A stretch of DNA of 64,000 nucleotides from an uncultured Alphaproteobacteria bacterium (GTDB lineage Bacteria > Pseudomonadota > Alphaproteobacteria > RF32 > CAG-239), in the NCBI GenBank assembly GCA_944390275.1, contig CALXPL010000006.1, positions 28,734 through 92,733 of the forward strand, given 5' to 3'. The notes under the pieces are model-generated. The model made no database searches. It saw only the letters and a program-made list of their open reading frames with translations, and was not told the origin of the DNA. Each line of letters opens with the position of its first letter. The stretch's first letter is position 1. The translations under genes were made by a program, and so were the position numbers. Shown piece after piece: positions 1 to 10,881 of this stretch.

Positions 1-423
1 ACAGGCCACTGACGAATCATTTCCAAAGCGTTGTAATACGAAGCCTGAACTATGCGTGTCAAAATAAGAAGGTTCTAGATACAATAGCTTTTTATACAAA
101 CTTCTTTTTAAATCTTGGTCTATTTTTGTTCCTACCCATGCATTTAAATAGGTGGCAAAATAATTCAAAAAACCTTGTAAGGATGTAAATGCTACTATCA
201 ATAAAGGAATATATACCGGAGAGGCTTGAGATTTGTCTATTAAAACAATATCCATGTAAGGTTTTAATGCTAAGGCAACAACCGAATCCAATGCGCCTAT
301 CGGAATACTAATTAATACCGCTAATAATGCACGAAACCAATAAGGCTTTACATACGGCCACATTTTTTTGTAATGTTCAGAAAACTTCATTTTCGGTATG
401 GCTTGGAGCTCTTCTTCTATCAT
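1..423 (-). CDS. ABC transporter, N-terminal transmembrane domain (MsbA-like), 5' part only; gene continues beyond window start
   Basis: Minus-strand translation from ATG at 423..421 gives MIEEELQAIPKMKFSEHYKKMWPYVKPYWFRALLAVLISIPIGALDSVVAL..., typical of the N-terminal TMD of an ABC exporter. Runs off the window start. Not in the ORF track because it is truncated. Confidence 0.45.
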   Translation of the reverse strand, partial: MIEEELQAIPKMKFSEHYKKMWPYVKPYWFRALLAVLISIPIGALDSVVALALKPYMDIVLIDKSQASPVYIPLLIVAFTSLQGFLNYFATYLNAWVGTKIDQDLKRSLYKKLLYLEPSYFDTHSSGFVLQRFGNDSSVAC

Positions 424-434
424 TCAATCTATCC

Positions 435-893
435 TTAAATTATACGCAAATATTTTATAATTATTACAAACACACTTAACTGAAAAAAGAATATTAACCA
501 AAATACAGCTTGAAATCCTTTTTTCTTATTTTTATGATGAAAAATTTTTTGTGCTAAAAATGCACCACACCATCCTCCCAATAATTCTAATGTATGGAGT
601 TGGACTTCGGGAATACGCCAGTTTCCTCTTACTGCTGATCTTTTATCTTTCCAATAGGCTATAATGGTAACAATATTGATACTGACAAAATGAAAAACTA
701 AAAATAATAAAAATGTTTTGTATATCAGTATTGGGTTATAGATTTGCAAAGGAGGTAGTCGAAAATAATGGTGTTCTACGTAATATGCCGATAGAATAAC
801 CAATGCTACATGGAGCAAATAGTATATATTTCTTTGTAGCGGTTTTATTAAAAATAACAACCCAAGTAAAATAATTGAAAATATTATTACCAT
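435..893 (-). CDS. small integral membrane protein (DUF1294-like)
   Basis: 152-aa ORF with 4-5 hydrophobic helices. The C-terminal segment RIPEVQLHTLELLGGWCGAFLAQKIFHHKNKK resembles the DUF1294 signature. Confidence 0.4.
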   Translation of the reverse strand: MVIIFSIILLGLLFLIKPLQRNIYYLLHVALVILSAYYVEHHYFRLPPLQIYNPILIYKTFLLFLVFHFVSINIVTIIAYWKDKRSAVRGNWRIPEVQLHTLELLGGWCGAFLAQKIFHHKNKKKGFQAVFWLIFFFQLSVFVIIIKYLRII

Positions 894-1034
894 TGTCGTT
901 TTATCTCCGTTCCTTCTTTCTTAATGTAATATTATTATTTATTATTTGCAATTAGTGAATAACTCTCATTTTTTTTTCCAACATTTTTTTTATTGTTTAT
1001 ACTTGTTTTGTATTGTGTTTTATATGGAAGTCGT

Positions 1035-2063
1035 ATGTCTTTTAGTAAATTTTATATATTTATTTTCGGATTTTTAATCTTTTTCCCGTTTGTTTCGCTT
1101 TCGGCAAAAGAAAGTGTTTTGCCTATGGAAATAAAAGCTATTGCCTGTGAAACGATAAAAGACGATGAGGCAAAATCTACCGCTCGCATACGCGTTACTG
1201 ATAAAGCTACTTTTAATGCTATTTCTGAAATCCCTCAGCTAAAATCTTATAAAGAAAAACTAGACAGTCATGATTTTAATGTCATGGTTTATACAATTGT
1301 TGATGAATATATTGAAGATTTTTCCGTAAAAACAACAGAACAATCTGATGAAAAAATTTGCGTTGAAATCCACGGTTTTGTTAACCCTACCAATGTTCAG
1401 TCCGCAATTGACGCGACTTTAAAAAAACAAGCCGTGCAAGAGGAAATTTCTGATGATAGCACGACTGAAAATACAGCCTTATTATCTGATGAAATTACTG
1501 ATCATTTGAATAAAACGAATCCTGTAAATGATACACCTGCTCTTGTCTCCACTCAAGAAAATGAAAAAACCATTTCAACTGATACGTCAAACTTACTCGG
1601 TCGTCTTTATGTTGCCCCTGTTGCTTTTTTCAACAACACCACCTCAGATTACCATGCGCAACTCATTGTTGATAGTTTCAAAAACGCTTATAATTATGAA
1701 ATTGTTGATTCGCCAAATGATGCTGATTATCTTATCAAAACTTCCGTTTTACGAGCAAAAGTTGACGCTCTTAACAATTCAACAAGTCGTTTACAGATGG
1801 TCATTGCCATGGAGCTTTCTTTTAAAGATGGAACATCTTCTCAAACTATTCATCAGAATCGTTTTGTCGTCTTCGAAAATTCAGAAAACGAACAAAATGT
1901 TGCCTTGAAGTTGTTAACAAAATTATTTAACAATGCTGTTGAACAAATTGAAGTTTATATGCAAAAACATGAAAAAGAAAAAGGAAATATTCCTGTTCTT
2001 CCTTCTGTTATTACCCCTTCTTCTCTTTCCGACACCAACAAAGATTTCTCTTCCTTTGAATAA
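1035..2063 (+). CDS. secreted hypothetical protein (signal peptide)
   Basis: Long ORF. An in-frame ATG at 1035 gives MSFSKFYIFIFGFLIFFPFVSLSA, a clear signal peptide. The rest is hydrophilic and D/E/N/T-rich. No recognisable family. Confidence 0.5.
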   Translation: MSFSKFYIFIFGFLIFFPFVSLSAKESVLPMEIKAIACETIKDDEAKSTARIRVTDKATFNAISEIPQLKSYKEKLDSHDFNVMVYTIVDEYIEDFSVKTTEQSDEKICVEIHGFVNPTNVQSAIDATLKKQAVQEEISDDSTTENTALLSDEITDHLNKTNPVNDTPALVSTQENEKTISTDTSNLLGRLYVAPVAFFNNTTSDYHAQLIVDSFKNAYNYEIVDSPNDADYLIKTSVLRAKVDALNNSTSRLQMVIAMELSFKDGTSSQTIHQNRFVVFENSENEQNVALKLLTKLFNNAVEQIEVYMQKHEKEKGNIPVLPSVITPSSLSDTNKDFSSFE

Positions 2064-2069
2064 TTTTCA

Positions 2070-2519
2070 CTATCCTTTGTGTTCTCGTTCTAACATAAAA
2101 GTTACAGGACCGTCATTTATTAATGATATTTGCATGTCGGCTTGGAATACTCCTGTTTGGACGTTAAATGATTTTTCTTTCAGCTCTTTGATAAAATATT
2201 CATAAAGTAATTTTGCTTTTTCAGGATGTGCTGCATTTTCAAACCCAGGTCTATTGCCTCGGCTTGTATCTCCAGCCAACGTAAATTGCGATACAACGAG
2301 AATACTCCCCGAAATATTCTGCACCGATAAATTCATTTTACCTTGTTCATCTTCAAATATCCTCAAGGAGGCTACTTTTTTCGCTAAATACGAAGCCTCA
2401 CTTTCTTCATCACCTTTTTCAACACCTAAAAATACTAAAAGCCCTTGTTCTATGCGTGAATATTCTTTTCCGACTATCTCTACTGATGCTTTTTTAACGC
2501 GCTGTACCAATGCTTTCAT
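2070..2519 (-). CDS. dtd: D-aminoacyl-tRNA deacylase
   Basis: 149 aa. MKALVQRV...LLVFLGV...[24 protein letters not shown] matches the Dtd family, including the SQFTL motif. Confidence 0.85.
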   Translation of the reverse strand: MKALVQRVKKASVEIVGKEYSRIEQGLLVFLGVEKGDEESEASYLAKKVASLRIFEDEQGKMNLSVQNISGSILVVSQFTLAGDTSRGNRPGFENAAHPEKAKLLYEYFIKELKEKSFNVQTGVFQADMQISLINDGPVTFMLEREHKG

Positions 2520-2606
2520 TTCTTTTTCCTATCTCAATTAATTGAATTTAAATAGTTCTGCTTTATATTTAATATACTTGCAAATGTTTTAAGGATATCT
2601 AAATTT

Positions 2607-3857
2607 ATGAAATCGTTTTTTCTTCTTATTCCTTTTCTCTTTTGGCTTACCGGTTGCGAATCTTTCGGAAAAGGTGTGGCTCAAGCTTTTTTAGAAAAAG
2701 ACGAAGTACAAGACTTAAAAAAATGTGAAATTATCGGTGATGAAATTACCGGAATTCAAGACTCCTTTAAAACTTCTAATGTTGTTAAAATTATGATGAT
2801 CCATGGAGTTGGAACGCATACTCCCGGATATTCGGCAAGAATCCGCGAAAATATTGCAAAAAAACTCGGGTTTACTGTCTGGGTTCCTAAGGCGAAATCT
2901 ATTACTCTCGTTAATCCTGACGATAAAAACATTGATTTGGGAACTTTGGTCGTTAACAAAATGCAAAACCCCAACCTTTCTAAAACAATACTTTTTTATG
3001 AGCTTACTTGGTCTGGAATTACTGAAAAAGAAAAAGAAATTTTACTTTATGACAACTCCGGAACTTATTCTTATAAACGAGCCGCTTTTAATAACTCTAT
3101 GAAAGCCTTTCTTAACGATACTCTGCCTGACCCCATGATTTATTTGGTTGACCAAAATAACCTTATCCTTAATGCGGCAAAACAATCTACTTGTTGGATG
3201 TTAAGCCGCGGATGGGATGATTTAAAATACTCTCAACGGCAAATTTGTTCCGTTTCTTCTTTTGACCAAATTAAAGACTTAACTCAAGAAAATATTATTT
3301 ATATAACGCATAGCCTCGGAAGCCGTATTTTATTAGACAGTGTTATTGATGTCGCTGATGAAGTGGCTAACATTTCTTTTGATCCTCAAGCTGATAATGC
3401 AAATGAAGTACAGCAAATTCTTAATATTCTAAAAAATAAAGAAATTACCGTTTTTATGCTGGCTAACCAGCTTCCTCTTCTGCAAATCGGCAGAAAAAAA
3501 CCTTCCGTAACGCGGCGCATATCTTCTTATTGCTCGCCTCAAGGTAAATATTATCATTCCCGTGTTTTTAAAAAAGTAAACATTATCGCCTTTTCAGACC
3601 CGAATGATTTGTTAAGTTATGGTATATCTCAAGATTTTGTTGACAATTATATTGATTCTCGAATTTGCCCTTCCGTTACAAATGTGGAAATTAATATTGC
3701 CGATATTATTTCGGCTTTCGGGGTCGGCGTTGTCAATCCTGTTGCTGCTCATACCGAATATGACAATGATAATCGTGTTATTCAAATAATTGCTAAAGGA
3801 ACAAAGTATCTTGACGATAATTCTTCGCGATGTAATTTTATCAAACTAAAAAATTAA
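2607..3857 (+). CDS. lipoprotein, alpha/beta-hydrolase-like (putative lipase/esterase)
   Basis: Signal peptide with lipobox LTGC. MMIHGVGTH near the N-terminus and a nucleophile-elbow-like ITHSLGSRILLDS (GxSxG-type) suggest an alpha/beta hydrolase fold. Assigned by motif only. Confidence 0.45.
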   Translation: MKSFFLLIPFLFWLTGCESFGKGVAQAFLEKDEVQDLKKCEIIGDEITGIQDSFKTSNVVKIMMIHGVGTHTPGYSARIRENIAKKLGFTVWVPKAKSITLVNPDDKNIDLGTLVVNKMQNPNLSKTILFYELTWSGITEKEKEILLYDNSGTYSYKRAAFNNSMKAFLNDTLPDPMIYLVDQNNLILNAAKQSTCWMLSRGWDDLKYSQRQICSVSSFDQIKDLTQENIIYITHSLGSRILLDSVIDVADEVANISFDPQADNANEVQQILNILKNKEITVFMLANQLPLLQIGRKKPSVTRRISSYCSPQGKYYHSRVFKKVNIIAFSDPNDLLSYGISQDFVDNYIDSRICPSVTNVEINIADIISAFGVGVVNPVAAHTEYDNDNRVIQIIAKGTKYLDDNSSRCNFIKLKN

Positions 3858-3872
3858 CTTGGGAGACATATA

Positions 3873-4871
3873 ATGACAAATACTGAAAGCTGTGAAATTT
3901 TTGCTTTTCCCTATGCCGCAATAGTCAAAAGTAATCGAAAATCAACTTTTTTCGATATGAATACCCAACCTCCCAAAATTTCAAAAAATTCTTATATTTG
4001 GCTCAATTTAGACTATAAGAACGAAAATACATTTAATCTTTTAACGCAAAAATATTCTCTGCCTCATGAAGTTGCCGAAGCTCTTTGCGATGAAACAACT
4101 CGTCCTCGTTACTTTCGCTTTGGAGACGGTATCGTTCTTATTTTAAGAGGAATAAACTATAACCAAGGAAGCGACCCCGAAGATATGGTTTCGCTTCGCA
4201 TATGGGTTGATAAAGAAAAAGTCATTACCTTATCACACCGCCGTTTAAAAATTATCAATATTATGCGAAAAAAACTTGAGAATAATGCCGCTCCCAGCTC
4301 TTCTGTTCAATTCTTTTTAACTCTTGCGCAAATTATGGTCGATGAAATTAACGATACTATTATAGATATTACCGAAAATACTTCAGATCTTGAAGAAAAA
4401 GTTATCGGAACAGATAACCTTAGCGATTTTGAATTGCGTAATGAAATTAGTGAATTGCGAAGAAAAATTATTTCAATACGCCGCTACACTGCTCCACAAA
4501 AAGAAATTTTTCTTAGCTTGCAGAACGATAAATGGGAAAATTTTACTGCTGATGATAAAAATGATATTCGCGAAATTTTTAATGATATTACAAAATCTCT
4601 TGAAGATTTAGATTATTGTCGCGATCATCTGGCGATTTTTCATGAAGAGCTCCAAAGCAAAACTACTATTCGTATGACAAAAATCATGTATATGATTTCT
4701 ATTGTTACGGTTATTTTTACTCCTCTTGCCGTATTAACCGGTCTTTTGGGAGTTAATGTACAAGGAATTCCTTATGCTGATAAAGATTATGCTTTTTCAG
4801 CCGTATGTCTTATTTTATTATCTATTTCTTTAATTTTAATCATTCTTATGAAACGATTAAAATGGCTTTAA
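3873..4871 (+). CDS. CorA/ZntB-family divalent metal ion transporter
   Basis: 332 aa. A long soluble N-domain precedes two C-terminal TM helices flanking a GVN motif (LLGVNVQGIPY), the CorA-superfamily GxN signature. A RBS (gggaga) sits 7 nt upstream. Confidence 0.6.
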   Translation: MTNTESCEIFAFPYAAIVKSNRKSTFFDMNTQPPKISKNSYIWLNLDYKNENTFNLLTQKYSLPHEVAEALCDETTRPRYFRFGDGIVLILRGINYNQGSDPEDMVSLRIWVDKEKVITLSHRRLKIINIMRKKLENNAAPSSSVQFFLTLAQIMVDEINDTIIDITENTSDLEEKVIGTDNLSDFELRNEISELRRKIISIRRYTAPQKEIFLSLQNDKWENFTADDKNDIREIFNDITKSLEDLDYCRDHLAIFHEELQSKTTIRMTKIMYMISIVTVIFTPLAVLTGLLGVNVQGIPYADKDYAFSAVCLILLSISLILIILMKRLKWL

Positions 4872-6091
4872 TAAAAAAGATAACCACATATTATAGCCGT
4901 ACTTATACCTGCAAAATCAGCCAACAAAGCACATGGTAAAGCATGTCGTGTTTTCATTACCTTTATTGCTCCGAAATAAACCGCTAAAATATAAAATGTT
5001 GTTTCGGTTGATCCTTGAATAACTCCTGATACAAAACTCGGAAAACTATCGGCTCCATAATTACTCATCGTTTCTATCATCATTGCGCGGGCTCCGCTTC
5101 CGGACAAAGGTTTTAAAAGTGCCGTCGGAAGTGCCGGTACAAAATCCGTATTAACTCCTAACAGGGTCAAAATTCCTGTTAAAACATCTATTATATAGTC
5201 TAATGCTCCAGAACTACGAAAAACGGCTATTCCAACCAACATTGCTACTAAATATGGAATTATTTTTACAGCGACTCCAAATCCTTCTTTCGCCCCTTCT
5301 ATAAATACCTCGTAAACATTGAGCCTTTTTATTAATCCCGCTACAATAAATCCAACAACTATTCCATATAGGAGCATATTGCTGATTATTGTCGAATAAT
5401 ATGTTCTTTTTTCCGGTGAATTTGAAATAAAAAAATATGCCGATAGAGCAATTATACTCATAAATGCCAACAAATATCCCAACACTACTTTGTTAAAAAT
5501 ATTTAATTTCTGAACATAGGCAACACTTAAAAAACCGATTAACGTGGATGCCGAAGTGGCAAATAATATTGGCAAAAATACGGCACTGGGATTGGTGGCT
5601 CCCATTTCTGCACGATACATTATAATACTAATCGGTACTAAGGTTACGGCTGACGAATTAATTACCATAAATAAAATTTCAGCGTTGCTTGCCGTATCTT
5701 TATGAGGATTTATTGTTTGCAACTCCTCCATTGCTTTTAACCCCATAGGCGTTGCGGCATTATCTAATCCTAAAAAATTTGCCGCCATATTCATTATCAT
5801 AGAACCATATGCCGGAGAGTTTTCCGGTACTTCGGGAAATATTTTTTTAAATAACGGACGTAAAAATTTGCAGAGCATCCCTGTTAAACCCGATTGTTCG
5901 GCTATCTTTAAAAGCCCCATCCACAAACATAATATCCCTGTTAAATTTATTGATATCATAAAGGCATTTTTTGACGATGAGAACAAACTACCAACCAGCT
6001 CTGACCATATGTCATAATTTCCTTGTATGCTTTGTCCTATTCCTGAAAAAAAAGCCAGTATAAAAAAGGATGCCCAGAGGATATTCAACAT
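4868..6091 (-). CDS. nucleoside-recognition (Gate) domain membrane protein, SpmA/SpmB-like fusion
   Basis: 407 aa, polytopic. The FLGLDNAATPMGLKAMEELQ segment is typical of the nucleoside transporter/FeoB gate-domain family. Confidence 0.5.
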   Translation of the reverse strand: MLNILWASFFILAFFSGIGQSIQGNYDIWSELVGSLFSSSKNAFMISINLTGILCLWMGLLKIAEQSGLTGMLCKFLRPLFKKIFPEVPENSPAYGSMIMNMAANFLGLDNAATPMGLKAMEELQTINPHKDTASNAEILFMVINSSAVTLVPISIIMYRAEMGATNPSAVFLPILFATSASTLIGFLSVAYVQKLNIFNKVVLGYLLAFMSIIALSAYFFISNSPEKRTYYSTIISNMLLYGIVVGFIVAGLIKRLNVYEVFIEGAKEGFGVAVKIIPYLVAMLVGIAVFRSSGALDYIIDVLTGILTLLGVNTDFVPALPTALLKPLSGSGARAMMIETMSNYGADSFPSFVSGVIQGSTETTFYILAVYFGAIKVMKTRHALPCALLADFAGISTAIICGYLFY

Positions 6092-6100
6092 TGTCCAATC

Positions 6101-7213
6101 CTAGTTTGACGACGGAAGCGTATTTAAGTCCTTTCCGGCCAGAGGCAAGGTATTTTCAGATATCTCATCAAATAAAACACACGCCTCAACCATGCTTATA
6201 TAATTATCCATCTCTGATGTCCATTTTACTTGTGACGGACGTATATTTTTATTTAAAGCTACTAATTCAACAATGGCTTGTCTTCTTAATATATCCAATT
6301 CGTTTTTGATACTGTTTTCTAGCTTTTCTCCATATATGCGTTTGGCATTGTCATAGTATTCCTGCAAACTGGAATCCCTTTCAGATAATTCTTTTTCAAC
6401 GGATGCTATCTCATTGGCATATCTTTTCGCAAACAATGTCGGATATATCTTTAATTCATAGCCTTGTTTTTGGCAAAATTCTTTATAACCATACAGACTT
6501 CTTGAAATAATTCCGGCGTTTCGGTTAAGTTGATGATTGTCGCGAAGGACTTCTTTTTTTGGCGACAGATTTGGCATGGCAACATACCTTACCATTTGAG
6601 ATAAGAATAAGCTCAGAATAATGATTATGGCGACACCGACAATATCTTTTTTAACATGACGCACTAACGGAGGGATTTCCCCCTTATCTGCCATTTCATA
6701 TCTTGCATTTTCGTAACGGAAAGCAAAGAAATATATTGAACAAGCAATAAACCACCAAACTCCGATAAATAATATACTCGTCGGTTCACGAATGAGCATT
6801 AGTATTGAAAAGAAGGTATTGGTTAAAATCAGTAACAGATAACTTATTCTGTATCCTCGGCATAATAAATACACTAACGGCAAATTTACAACCAAAACCC
6901 GCCATGCAACTAAAATTCCTCCTCCTGTGGCAATTACTGAAAATATGATTCTGAAAAGAACTGCTGCTATGGAATAGACGCGAAATATTTTGACAATATT
7001 TCCCGTTTTTATCTTTTCTTTTTCTGCTGCCGTTACTTTTAAATATTTCCGAAAATACTTGAAAAATTTTATAACAATTTTATCTCGTGTTGGGCGCAAG
7101 CGTTCTAATAACGGTATGATAACATTAAACAACGGTGTCAGAAATTCCGTACAGCTTTCAAGCCAAGCATCTATTTTCTTAAACATTGGCAACCTTCTTC
7201 TTTTGTGCTTCAT
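6101..7213 (-). CDS. hypothetical membrane protein with C-terminal cytoplasmic coiled-coil region
   Basis: 370-aa ORF. Several TM helices are followed by a charged helical C-terminal third. A possible alternative start is MFKKIDAWL (9 codons in). No family recognised. Confidence 0.4.
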   Translation of the reverse strand: MKHKRRRLPMFKKIDAWLESCTEFLTPLFNVIIPLLERLRPTRDKIVIKFFKYFRKYLKVTAAEKEKIKTGNIVKIFRVYSIAAVLFRIIFSVIATGGGILVAWRVLVVNLPLVYLLCRGYRISYLLLILTNTFFSILMLIREPTSILFIGVWWFIACSIYFFAFRYENARYEMADKGEIPPLVRHVKKDIVGVAIIIILSLFLSQMVRYVAMPNLSPKKEVLRDNHQLNRNAGIISRSLYGYKEFCQKQGYELKIYPTLFAKRYANEIASVEKELSERDSSLQEYYDNAKRIYGEKLENSIKNELDILRRQAIVELVALNKNIRPSQVKWTSEMDNYISMVEACVLFDEISENTLPLAGKDLNTLPSSN

Positions 7214-7340
7214 ATATTTTATTGGTAACAGTTCCCTTTTATCAAGTCAACGAAGGATTCTATTTTGTACGATTATTTTTTCTATTGATTTACGTTTTTT
7301 TATGATTATCTTTTTTATAAGTAGCTTTCAGGAGGTTGTC

Positions 7341-7811
7341 ATGAAAAAATTTTTTTATTTCTTTTCGTTTTATTTCTTTTTAATTTGTTCCGCTCATGCT
7401 CAATTATCTCCTTATTCCGGATATTACGGAGAAACAGGACCTGATAATCAATCTTTTGAGACGAACGGAAATCCTATTATTTTCGTTTTCTACAACAATG
7501 ATGATTGCCCCTCTTGTCCTGAAGCCCTTGATTTAATTGAACAGGCTTATAATGAAAATTTTGAAGGAGAATATAACTTTTATATTATTAATTATGAAAA
7601 TCAGGAAGAAAGCGGTAACTATCTTTTTGCTGAAAACTATAATTTAGAAATGCCTTTAACTGTGGTTTTACAATATGTTCAAAATGGACAACTTACAAAA
7701 TATCAAAAACTTCCTTATTTGTATAATTTCAATCCTTATACTTTTCAAGAGACCTTTATTGAGGAAGTTTCTACATTTTTTGAAAATGAAGGCGATCCTT
7801 TTAGTGATTAA
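7341..7811 (+). CDS. small secreted thioredoxin-fold-like protein (CPSC motif)
   Basis: An in-frame ATG at 7341 is preceded by AGGAGG. The signal peptide is MKKFFYFFSFYFFLICSAHA. IIFVFYNNDDCPSCPEAL looks like a beta-strand followed by a CxxC helix N-cap. The track ORF 6990..7811 has an N-terminal extension that overlaps the upstream gene. Confidence 0.45.
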   Translation: MKKFFYFFSFYFFLICSAHAQLSPYSGYYGETGPDNQSFETNGNPIIFVFYNNDDCPSCPEALDLIEQAYNENFEGEYNFYIINYENQEESGNYLFAENYNLEMPLTVVLQYVQNGQLTKYQKLPYLYNFNPYTFQETFIEEVSTFFENEGDPFSD

Positions 7812-7814
7812 TTT

Positions 7815-8570
7815 CTAATTATTCTTTTCTTGCTTTTTAAATTGCTCAAAATAATTATCGCCTAAATATTTATCCCTTTCCTCTTGGCTGAAATGCTTGG
7901 CGATAATTTTTTTGGCATTTTCTATTGCCACATCAATTCCGGTATTGGAAATTCTTTTATGATCTTGTGCATCATTATAATGAACAACAACCTTTTTAAT
8001 AAAATACGGCTTATAATGTTCCGTATAGGTTAAAACTAAATCATAGTCCACCAATCGTGTCAAACTCTCATCAAAACCGCCTAATTTTTCATAGACCTCT
8101 CTTGAATGTACCAAAGCCCCCATATCAATGTAATTTCCTTTTATCAGAGATTTACGGCTGAATTTTTTTCCACTGACGATTCCACTCGTATTTCCTTTAT
8201 ACTGGGCATAAAAAATTTTCTTCCATGGATGCCAACGCATAGCTTTTCTATATGTTTGTATAAAATCAGAAACTATTGTATTATCGGAATCAATATAGGC
8301 TATCCATTCTTTTCGTGCATTCTTTAAACCTACGTTTCTTGCTGGACAAACTCCTTTATGCTCTCCGAAAACATAGCGAATCTTACCTGAAGATAGTTCC
8401 GAAGGATATTTCTTTTTGATTAATTCTTCCGTACCATCCGTTGATCCATCATCAACGATTATTAATTCTAGATTATCATAGTTTTGCGCTAAAACAGAAT
8501 CTATGGCATTACAAATACAAAAAGCGCGGTTATAAGTCGGCATGATAAATGAAAAACCTGGGGTACACAT
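7815..8570 (-). CDS. family-2 glycosyltransferase
   Basis: FIMPTYNRAFCICNAIDSVLAQNYDNLELIIVDDGSTDGT is a GT2 (GT-A fold) signature, including the DxD region. The likely true start is MPTYN. Confidence 0.7.
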   Translation of the reverse strand: MCTPGFSFIMPTYNRAFCICNAIDSVLAQNYDNLELIIVDDGSTDGTEELIKKKYPSELSSGKIRYVFGEHKGVCPARNVGLKNARKEWIAYIDSDNTIVSDFIQTYRKAMRWHPWKKIFYAQYKGNTSGIVSGKKFSRKSLIKGNYIDMGALVHSREVYEKLGGFDESLTRLVDYDLVLTYTEHYKPYFIKKVVVHYNDAQDHKRISNTGIDVAIENAKKIIAKHFSQEERDKYLGDNYFEQFKKQEKNN

Positions 8571-8587
8571 TTCTTTTGCTCCCTCTT

Positions 8588-9544
8588 TTACTTCTTAAAT
8601 CTTTGTTTCAAAGCTGTTAATTTATCACTCACATTCGCCGTATCTCTTCCGGTTTTCGCTAATCTTTCATACATTCTATCTATTTCTTTTTCGAGATAGG
8701 CTTGTTCAATTTCACCGGCTAAATTCCTTTTTTCTTCTTCCGTACCGTTTTGATTAATATAATTCATATTTGCTATAATATCTTCGACATGAACTGAACT
8801 GTCTGTCTTATGCTTAATAAAATATGGAAGTTCATATGCTAACTGACGAGCATTGGCGTAGGCCTCTGATGTTGTGTGATTTTTATCATATCGAAATTTT
8901 AAAAGACGGAAAACAATCGCTAAATCTTTACTGTCATCAACCACAATAAATGGTATGGGATCAGAAAAACCTTTGCTAGCAATTTCTTTTAAAAATTCAA
9001 GTATATGATGGAAAAAACCACCAACATTGTAGATAATAAAAGGTTTTACGGGAAGAAGTCCGTCTTGCATTGCAACACAATCATACGCTAATTCATCTAA
9101 AGTTCCAACGCCGCCAGGAGCAAAGACAACAAAATCTGACTCTAATAATTTTTGTTTACGTTCTTCCAACGTTTTCGCCAAAATAACATTTTCTATTTGT
9201 TTTACCAGTTCATCATCTTGCGGATACAAATCATAATATGCTTGTGTTGTTACAGCTTGTATCGGAAGACTTGCCAATTTATATTGCTTTTTATTCCAGC
9301 CATCCAAAACACCTCTTGCTACTGCTCCCATAATGCCTGAATTTGACAAGCCAAAATCTAGCCTAAAATCCATTTTTATTATTTGTCTTCCTAAATTGTA
9401 GGCTTCTTGCTCGTATATGGGATCATTACCTCCGCGATGTCCTCCGGCCACAAACACCCTCAACCCTTCTTTTTTATTTTGAACGATAAAGGAATCAACG
9501 ACTTCCTGATTAGGTTTATTTTTTAGTGTATCTTCATCTTCCAT
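8588..9544 (-). CDS. LOG-family (lysine-decarboxylase-like / nucleotide 5'-monophosphate nucleosidase) protein with ~100-aa C-terminal extension
   Basis: VFVAGGHRGGND...GIMGAVARG...FVVFAPGGVGTLDEL carries the PGGxGTxxE LOG motif. It lies directly downstream of tgt in the same orientation. Confidence 0.65.
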   Translation of the reverse strand: MEDEDTLKNKPNQEVVDSFIVQNKKEGLRVFVAGGHRGGNDPIYEQEAYNLGRQIIKMDFRLDFGLSNSGIMGAVARGVLDGWNKKQYKLASLPIQAVTTQAYYDLYPQDDELVKQIENVILAKTLEERKQKLLESDFVVFAPGGVGTLDELAYDCVAMQDGLLPVKPFIIYNVGGFFHHILEFLKEIASKGFSDPIPFIVVDDSKDLAIVFRLLKFRYDKNHTTSEAYANARQLAYELPYFIKHKTDSSVHVEDIIANMNYINQNGTEEEKRNLAGEIEQAYLEKEIDRMYERLAKTGRDTANVSDKLTALKQRFKK

Positions 9545-9545
9545 T

Positions 9546-10712
<1,167 letters not shown>

Positions 10713-10802
10713 TTAATTTCCTTACTTGGCAAGGTTAAAATTGATTATTTTCTTGAAGTGCTTTCTCTTTGTCAATTTTTTGAATTCCGTTAAAAATAAT
10801 GT

Positions 10803-10831
10803 TTGACATTCTTTATATCTTTATGTAATAT
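10803..10831 (+). promoter_or_regulatory. sigma70-like promoter (TTGACA-17nt-TAATAT) for cysteine-rich protein gene
   Basis: Near-consensus -35/-10 with a 17-nt spacer about 50 nt upstream of ATG 10882. An equivalent TTGACT-17-TAGTAT lies at 50549..50577 upstream of the paralogue. Confidence 0.4.
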
Positions 10832-10881
10832 TACTCTTAGGAGAAAAATGGAGAGGGATTCTTATTCCGAAGGAGGATATT

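Noticed and set aside
6990-7811. Long track ORF whose N-terminal 117 codons overlap the 3' end of the minus-strand gene 6101..7213
   Set aside because: The in-frame ATG at 7341 has a perfect AGGAGG RBS and starts a signal peptide. The upstream extension is hydrophobic low-complexity read-through of the opposite-strand gene's antisense. The short form 7341..7811 is reported instead.
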